Part shown: positions 26,589 to 32,000 of the stretch, piece after piece
Layout of the letters: each line of letters starts with the position of its first letter
How positions within the stretch are numbered: position 1 is the stretch's first letter
NCBI RefSeq assembly: GCF_000039765.1
Contig: NC_004459.3
Location: 780,001 to 812,000, forward strand
DNA from: Vibrio vulnificus CMCP6
GTDB lineage: Bacteria; Pseudomonadota; Gammaproteobacteria; Enterobacterales; Vibrionaceae
Direction of reading: 5' to 3'
Length of the DNA: 32,000 bases
Notes under the pieces: generated by a model
The model's database searches: none
The model's input: the letters and a program-made list of their open reading frames with translations, nothing else
What the model was told of the DNA's origin: nothing
Program-made: the position numbers and the translations under genes

Positions 26589-27647
26589 ATGACAAAAATT
26601 TTAATCATTGGCCCTTCTTGGGTCGGCGATATGGTGATGTCACAATCACTCTATACCACGCTAAAACAGCAACATCCCGATGCTCTCATTGACGTCATTG
26701 CTCCTGGATGGTGTAAACCGATCTTGGAGCGGATGCCTGAAGTCAACCGAGCGATTGAAATGCCGCTAGGCCATGGCGAGTTCAACCTGTTAGGCCGTCG
26801 TGAAATCGGTAAATCCCTACGTGAGTTTGGTTATGACCACGCTTACGTCTTGCCTAATTCAGCGAAATCCGCCTTAATCCCATGGTTCGCCAATATTCCC
26901 AAACGTACAGGCTGGCGTGGCGAAATGCGTTATGGGCTACTGAACGATCTTCGACCAAACAAGAAAGCTTTTCAGTATATGGTCGAACGTTATGTGGCCT
27001 TGGCTCACCCACGTGAGCAAATGATCGATTCCTCATCGTTAGGTGGGCTAGAAACCTTGCCTCGCCCTAAATTGTCTATTCATACTGATGCTCAGCAACA
27101 AACACTAGCGAAGTTTAGTCTTACGGTGCAGAGCAAAGTGATCGGTCTTTGTCCTGGTGCTGAATTTGGGCCCGCCAAAAAATGGCCGGAAAATCATTAT
27201 GCCGAAGTCGCCCACGCCATGTGTCAACAAGGTCATCAAGTATGGTTGTTTGGTTCGCAAAAAGATCGCGATACCTGTAATGGCATTAAACAAAGCGTAC
27301 CTAGCGAATTTCATCACCAAATTCACGTATTGGCTGGCGAAACCAGTTTAATTGAAGCGGTGGATCTACTGGCGGCTTGTCACACGGTTGTCAGCAACGA
27401 TTCAGGCCTAATGCACGTCGCGGCGGCGGTTGGGTGCAATGTCGTCGCGGTATATGGTTCAACATCACCAAAATACACACCGCCTTTGGCAGAAAACGTA
27501 GAAATTGTTCACACCGATATCGAGTGTCGTCCCTGCTTTAAGCGCGAATGCCAATACCAACACCTCAAATGCTTGTCTGAACTGACACCAAAACAAGTGT
27601 TAGATAGTATTCGTAAACTCGACGCCATTGCGGTGAACGCATGTTAG
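26589..27647 (+). CDS. waaF: ADP-heptose:LPS heptosyltransferase II
   Basis: MTKILIIGPSWVGDMVMSQSLYTTLKQQHPDALIDVIAPGW..., CPGAEFGPAKKWP, VSNDSGLMHVAAAVGCNVVAVYGSTSPKYTPPL. Confidence 0.96.
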   Translation: MTKILIIGPSWVGDMVMSQSLYTTLKQQHPDALIDVIAPGWCKPILERMPEVNRAIEMPLGHGEFNLLGRREIGKSLREFGYDHAYVLPNSAKSALIPWFANIPKRTGWRGEMRYGLLNDLRPNKKAFQYMVERYVALAHPREQMIDSSSLGGLETLPRPKLSIHTDAQQQTLAKFSLTVQSKVIGLCPGAEFGPAKKWPENHYAEVAHAMCQQGHQVWLFGSQKDRDTCNGIKQSVPSEFHHQIHVLAGETSLIEAVDLLAACHTVVSNDSGLMHVAAAVGCNVVAVYGSTSPKYTPPLAENVEIVHTDIECRPCFKRECQYQHLKCLSELTPKQVLDSIRKLDAIAVNAC

Positions 27648-28900
27648 TGAGATTGCTCTACACACTCCTACTGGCTTTAGCGGCACCTTTGCTGTTGTTT
27701 GGTTTGTATCGTAGCAAGCCAAACAAACCCAAGTTTGGCCAACGTTGGAAAGAGCATTTCGGCATCACCCCAAAGCTTGATGGGCAAAACCAACCACTCT
27801 GGATCCATGCTGTTTCTGTCGGAGAAAGCCTCGCGGCAATTCCGCTAATTAAAGCAATTAAAGAGAAAACGCCAGACCAAGTGATTGTTGTGACCACCAC
27901 CACGAGCACAGGCGCAGAACAAATCGCAAAATTAGGGAACTTAGTTGAACATCGCTACATGCCTATCGACTTCGCCTTTGCGGTTCGTGGTTTTCTTAAA
28001 GCGATAAATCCGGCTAAAATGCTGATCATTGAGACAGAACTGTGGCCCAACACCCTCGCAACCGTGCACAAAGCCAATATCCCGATTATCGTGGTCAATG
28101 CTCGTTTATCAGAAAAATCTCAGCAAAACTACGCCAAAGTTCAGTCGCTATTTAATCTTATCCACCCTTGCTTGAGTAAAGTCCTTTGCCAATCCCAAGC
28201 GGACGCTGATCGTTTCGCCCAACTTGGCGTCCCGACAAACAAACTCTGTGTGACGGGCTCGATCAAATTCGATATCCATATCTCCGATGAAATCAAACAT
28301 CAAGGAGCGGAATTACGTACTCTGCTTGGCCAACAAAGGCCTGTGTGGATAGCCGCAAGTACCCACAAAGGCGAAGATGAACAGGTATTGGATGCTCATA
28401 GACAAGTGTTAGACACGCATCCAAATGCACTCTTAATATTAGTGCCCCGCCACCCAGAGCGTTTTGACTCAGTCTTCGAATTATGCCAAACACAAGGTTT
28501 CGAAACGGTAAGGCGTACACAAGCAAACACCATTGCTGACTCCACGCAAGTGTATCTGGGTGACACAATGGGTGAGATGCTGATCTTACTCGGTGCAGCT
28601 GATGTCTGCTTTATGGGCGGAAGCCTAGTTGGAGACAAAGTCGGCGGGCATAATGTGTTAGAGCCAGCAGCTTTGGGAGTTCCGGTTATAACAGGGCCGA
28701 GCTATTACAACTTTACTGAAATTATCGATAAATTAATGGCCCAAAAAGCCATTATGATTGGTGAGGATAAAACGCAAATTAGCACATACTTATTGCTGCT
28801 ATTATCTGAACCAGAAGCTCGAAAAAGACTTGCGTGGAATGCCTATACCTTTTTACAAGCAAGTATGGGTTGCACCCATAAAATCATTCACTCGCTTTAA
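27641..28900 (+). CDS. waaA: 3-deoxy-D-manno-octulosonic acid transferase
   Basis: IHAVSVGESLAAIPLIKAI, MLIIETELWPN, VWIAASTHKGEDEQ, FMGGSLVGDKVGGHNVLEPAALGVPVITGP. Confidence 0.95.
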   Translation: MLVRLLYTLLLALAAPLLLFGLYRSKPNKPKFGQRWKEHFGITPKLDGQNQPLWIHAVSVGESLAAIPLIKAIKEKTPDQVIVVTTTTSTGAEQIAKLGNLVEHRYMPIDFAFAVRGFLKAINPAKMLIIETELWPNTLATVHKANIPIIVVNARLSEKSQQNYAKVQSLFNLIHPCLSKVLCQSQADADRFAQLGVPTNKLCVTGSIKFDIHISDEIKHQGAELRTLLGQQRPVWIAASTHKGEDEQVLDAHRQVLDTHPNALLILVPRHPERFDSVFELCQTQGFETVRRTQANTIADSTQVYLGDTMGEMLILLGAADVCFMGGSLVGDKVGGHNVLEPAALGVPVITGPSYYNFTEIIDKLMAQKAIMIGEDKTQISTYLLLLLSEPEARKRLAWNAYTFLQASMGCTHKIIHSL

Positions 28901-28912
28901 GCCGAGACTATC

Positions 28913-29914
28913 ATGAACATATTTGTTGCTACATCACCATTTCAGTACATTTGCGCTAATGAAGCGAGAGTTGCCTATCAAACTCAAAACAATATCCTTT
29001 TTCTCGTCAAACAAAACCGAGAGCCTGGAATCAGTCAACTGAATCATGTTTTCTGTTCAAATGACTGGGATCATGTTATTTGGGTAGAACGTCATCAACG
29101 CACGTTTAATGTACCGAAAGCCATCAAACAAGCCATCCGTATTAATGGTGGCAGTAAAACATTCGAGCGTTTTTTCTATGCCGAATACAACGCTTGGCGA
29201 ACAAAGTTGATCCGTCGTAATCTCACTTTTTCGCAAGAAATCTATTTTGATGATGGAACAACTACGGTTTTTGAATACGAACGCTATATTCGCGATGAAA
29301 AAACCTTCTACCGACCTCGCTTTGTGCAAGACAGTTTGATCCGCTTACAAGGCCTAAAGCCCATTGGCCATCTTGAGCATTTTCCACAGTTTGAAATCTT
29401 TTCCATTTTTGACCTGCTGGATCCCATCCATCCACACCGCCAAAATGACTTCAGTGCGCTAAAAGCAAAATATGGTAATCAGCCGGTTTACTCAGCAGAT
29501 GCGCCAGTCGGGTTTCTCGGACATGGCGCCGTCGGTGGCAAAAATGGCAAATGCATCGACACTTATCTGTCGGAAGTCAAACAGTTTGTCCGCTACGCCA
29601 ATGGCCAAGTGATGTACTTTCCTCATCGCACCGAGCTACCAGACGTAGCGAATGAGATCAAGAACATGGCCAATGTCATTTACCACCACTCCTCTCTACC
29701 ACTAGAGATCGAACTGCTGGATAAAGGCATTTGTCTCTCTGCGTTATATGGCACCTACTCCAACGCTCAGTACAGCCTCTCTGTTCTGTATCCCGATTTA
29801 CCGGTTTACAACCTGATCCCAAGTGGCGAAGGCATTAACCAAACGAGAAAAGATAGCTATACCGTTATCCATCGATTGTTTGAAAAAATTGCCATCCCAA
29901 ACGTACAAATTTAA
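28913..29914 (+). CDS. Putative sialyltransferase-like glycosyltransferase (GT52 / polysialyltransferase-like)
   Basis: 333-aa ORF; MNIFVATSPFQYICANEARVAY, YFDDGTTTVFEYERYIRD, YFPHRTELPD (HP-type motif), LSALYGTYSNAQYSLSVL. A neuA-type CDS fragment lies about 2 kb away. Confidence 0.55.
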   Translation: MNIFVATSPFQYICANEARVAYQTQNNILFLVKQNREPGISQLNHVFCSNDWDHVIWVERHQRTFNVPKAIKQAIRINGGSKTFERFFYAEYNAWRTKLIRRNLTFSQEIYFDDGTTTVFEYERYIRDEKTFYRPRFVQDSLIRLQGLKPIGHLEHFPQFEIFSIFDLLDPIHPHRQNDFSALKAKYGNQPVYSADAPVGFLGHGAVGGKNGKCIDTYLSEVKQFVRYANGQVMYFPHRTELPDVANEIKNMANVIYHHSSLPLEIELLDKGICLSALYGTYSNAQYSLSVLYPDLPVYNLIPSGEGINQTRKDSYTVIHRLFEKIAIPNVQI

Positions 29915-29917
29915 TAA

Positions 29918-29945
29918 AAAAGGCCTTTCATTCGAAAGGCCTTTT
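29918..29945. terminator. Bidirectional rho-independent terminator between convergent genes
   Basis: 12-bp stem AAAAGGCCTTTC / GAAAGGCCTTTT with 4-nt loop; A-tract and T-tract flanks. Confidence 0.9.
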
Positions 29946-29964
29946 CTCTATCAATGCGAGTTTA

Positions 29965-30906
29965 TCAAGATTGATAACCCGCCATTTTTTCATAGATAGG
30001 GAACAGTGAGCACTGCTCTTCTAAACGACACAGTAAACGCGCATCATCGCCCAAGAAAGCTTCCACCTGCTTAAATAAACCAGGCTTAAACTCTTTGTCA
30101 AGAGCATCATCAACTTCAACCGCCACTAACGGAATCGTGCCTCTTTTTTGCACTTGTAGTGCTTCCATTGGTCTGAATACGTAGCGATTTTCTTTGGTTA
30201 ATACTTCAACAGACCAGCGACCAGCCGATTCCCAGTTTGCGGCATAATTAAACAAGGCACCTTGTTCTGTCATTCCCGCGCCAGAAAATACTGACCCTGC
30301 TTGATGCCAGTTTAGGCTGCCTTGAATAAAGCAGCAGATATCTCGAGGCTTGCCACCCAAGTAGAACGCCAGATCGGCAACATGAGTCGAATTAGCTAAG
30401 AACCACTTGTTTAACACCTCTTGAGGTTTGTCGATTTTTTCAATGACATGCGCCCATTCTGTCAGTTCAAAGTTGAATGAAGTGACCCCACCTTCCTGCT
30501 CAATCAAGCGCTGCGCTTCCAGTACTGAGGAGAAGAAACGACGGTTATATGCAATATAAACCGCACAACCATGCTGCTCACTGAGTTGGCGCAATTCTTC
30601 GATTTCCGCCAGTGTGGTGGCACCTGGTTTTTCGACCAGAATTTTTTTTACGCCCGCTTCGATGAGTTGCTTGGTGGTTTCATACAGTTGAGCGACGCCC
30701 ACGCTCACAATCGCCGCCTCTGCTACCGCCTTGGTATTGGCAATATGCTGCGCTAATCCACCACAAATCACTGCTTTACCCGTTTTTTCAGTGAACGATG
30801 CTGCTGAGTCACTACCACGGCCGACCACCTGATAATCACAGCCTTGAGCATCGAGTACTTTGGCATAGTCAATCGACATCAAACCAGAACCAATTAGCCA
30901 GATCAT
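29965..30906 (-). CDS. Gfo/Idh/MocA family oxidoreductase
   Basis: 313-aa ORF; MIWLIGSGLMSIDYAKVLDAQG..., KKILVEKPGATTLAEIEELRQLSEQHGCAVYIAYNRRF. Confidence 0.85.
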   Translation of the reverse strand: MIWLIGSGLMSIDYAKVLDAQGCDYQVVGRGSDSAASFTEKTGKAVICGGLAQHIANTKAVAEAAIVSVGVAQLYETTKQLIEAGVKKILVEKPGATTLAEIEELRQLSEQHGCAVYIAYNRRFFSSVLEAQRLIEQEGGVTSFNFELTEWAHVIEKIDKPQEVLNKWFLANSTHVADLAFYLGGKPRDICCFIQGSLNWHQAGSVFSGAGMTEQGALFNYAANWESAGRWSVEVLTKENRYVFRPMEALQVQKRGTIPLVAVEVDDALDKEFKPGLFKQVEAFLGDDARLLCRLEEQCSLFPIYEKMAGYQS

Positions 30907-30921
30907 ACTTACTCCTCAATA

Positions 30922-31884
30922 TTAAGTAATTGGGCAAGCGTCCAAATGAACGTTAAGGGTTTTCGATAGGTGCTCAAGGACCACCTCAATAAATGGGGTA
31001 TGCAGCGAGCATGATTGCGTAAACGGCGTTAACTGACACTGATTGGTCGTCAACAGTTCGGTGACATTCGCTCCCGTCAGTTGGCTTTGGAACAGCGGAG
31101 TGTGGCTATGTTGTGTCGTTGTGCCATCTTGGCTAAACAGCCAGGTTTGCTCCACTTCGTTAACAACATGGCGTGAGAGACCATTGTCGATAGTCACAGC
31201 TAAACTTGGGATGAGATCTTGGCCACTTTCAATTCGTAACGTGTTTACACCAATGGCATATTCGATCGCGCCTGTCACTTCATAAAAGCCTGCACGCTTA
31301 CTTTCAATCAGCTCAGCATCCAATGCCACATTGGTAACTTGTAGCGCAGCACTGTCGACAAGGTAAGAGAACAAATCGATAAAATGAACGCTATTACATG
31401 CCATACCCCAAGCGTTACCTTTAACGGTCATGTTCACTGGCTGACTCGTATCCAAATAAGATTTAAGCTCTTGGTAACTTGGGAAAATACGGCGTGGGCA
31501 GTTCACCCAACCTTGTACTTGATGCTGCTCAAGTAAAGCTAGGATCTCAGGATAATGCGCCAACTTTTGGAACAGTACCTTTTCAAAAATGATGTGTTTG
31601 ACGCGGTTCGTACTCAGCAGTGCTTTGGTAACGTCGGCACGAACTTGCGCAGCAGTAGCGATGATGCAAACTTCAAATGCCTTAGAATCAGGTAACGTGG
31701 TGCTATAGCTGATCTGGCTATTGTCATTGCCCCACTCCACTTGCTGAGCACGTTCTTCAGCAATATTCAGTGAGTCTTGTGACGGATCGACAACAGTAAT
31801 ATCTAAGCTTTCAGTCGCAGCCAGTGCACCTTGCAAATGGCGGCTACCCAATTGTCCCGCACCGATGATCAATAACTTATGCAT
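30922..31884 (-). CDS. Gfo/Idh/MocA-like oxidoreductase (second)
   Basis: 320-aa ORF; MHKLLIIGAGQLGSRHLQGALAATESLDITVVDP..., HIIFEKVLFQKLAHYPEILALLEQHQVQGWVNCPRRIFPSYQELK. Confidence 0.8.
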   Translation of the reverse strand: MHKLLIIGAGQLGSRHLQGALAATESLDITVVDPSQDSLNIAEERAQQVEWGNDNSQISYSTTLPDSKAFEVCIIATAAQVRADVTKALLSTNRVKHIIFEKVLFQKLAHYPEILALLEQHQVQGWVNCPRRIFPSYQELKSYLDTSQPVNMTVKGNAWGMACNSVHFIDLFSYLVDSAALQVTNVALDAELIESKRAGFYEVTGAIEYAIGVNTLRIESGQDLIPSLAVTIDNGLSRHVVNEVEQTWLFSQDGTTTQHSHTPLFQSQLTGANVTELLTTNQCQLTPFTQSCSLHTPFIEVVLEHLSKTLNVHLDACPIT

Positions 31885-32000
31885 TTTGTTCCCTATATTT
31901 TAATACCGTTTCTGCAATCAGAAAATCCAACTCATGGTCAATATCAACCGAGCTTTCATTATCCATTACATAGGCAAATATGTTTGAAGATAAGAATAGC
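31877..32000 (-). CDS. Acylneuraminate (or related nonulosonate) cytidylyltransferase, partial (C-terminus only)
   Basis: Reverse complement reads LFLSSNIFAYVMDNESSVDIDHELDFLIAETVLKYREQNA*; the YVMDxExSxDIDxxxDFxxAE pattern is typical of NeuA-like C-termini. It overlaps the next gene's ATG. Confidence 0.75.
   Translation of the reverse strand, partial: LFLSSNIFAYVMDNESSVDIDHELDFLIAETVLKYREQNA

Noticed and set aside
30268-30286. GTCATTCCCGCGCCAG inside the oxidoreductase gene, resembling the truncated last palindrome at 20296
   Set aside because: It lies within a conserved coding frame (SGAGMTEQG) and lacks the second half of the palindrome. Likely a chance similarity.

Overview
This window looks like the surface-polysaccharide locus of a Vibrio. 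Vibrio vulnificus is my best guess, from gene content recalled from memory; no search was run.

The minus strand carries one long, tightly packed operon: wza, a small four-helix-bundle (IVP/S23-like) ORF, wzb, wzc, wecB, wecC, wzx, wzy, three glycosyltransferases, two heparinase II/III-like proteins and a partial SDR epimerase. It is preceded by a JUMPStart/ops (RfaH-type) element at about 17085-17128.

The plus strand carries a gfcABCD/yjbEFGH-like set, hldD, lpxM/lpxL, waaF, waaA and a putative sialyltransferase-like gene. Two Gfo/Idh/MocA oxidoreductases and the end of an acylneuraminate cytidylyltransferase follow on the minus strand.

The unusual content is non-coding:
(1) Five perfect 7-bp or 8-bp intergenic tandem arrays: (GGTTCTA)19, (GGTCCTGT)14.5, (GGTCCTGT)27, (GGGTCTA)16 and (GGTTCTA)13. 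The two octamer arrays are direct repeats bracketing wzb. The GGGTCTA array has G-quadruplex-forming composition.
(2) A 2.5-kb mosaic array between the gfcA-like and gfcB-like genes. It has 21 inverted or direct copies of a ~25-bp palindrome (GTCATTCCCGCGCATGCGGGGATCC type) separated by three conserved spacer classes, which resembles Neisseria dRS3/NIME architecture.
(3) The four-helix-bundle ORF, lodged between wza and wzb. It is bounded by the octamer array on one side and by degenerate octamers in inverted orientation on the other.
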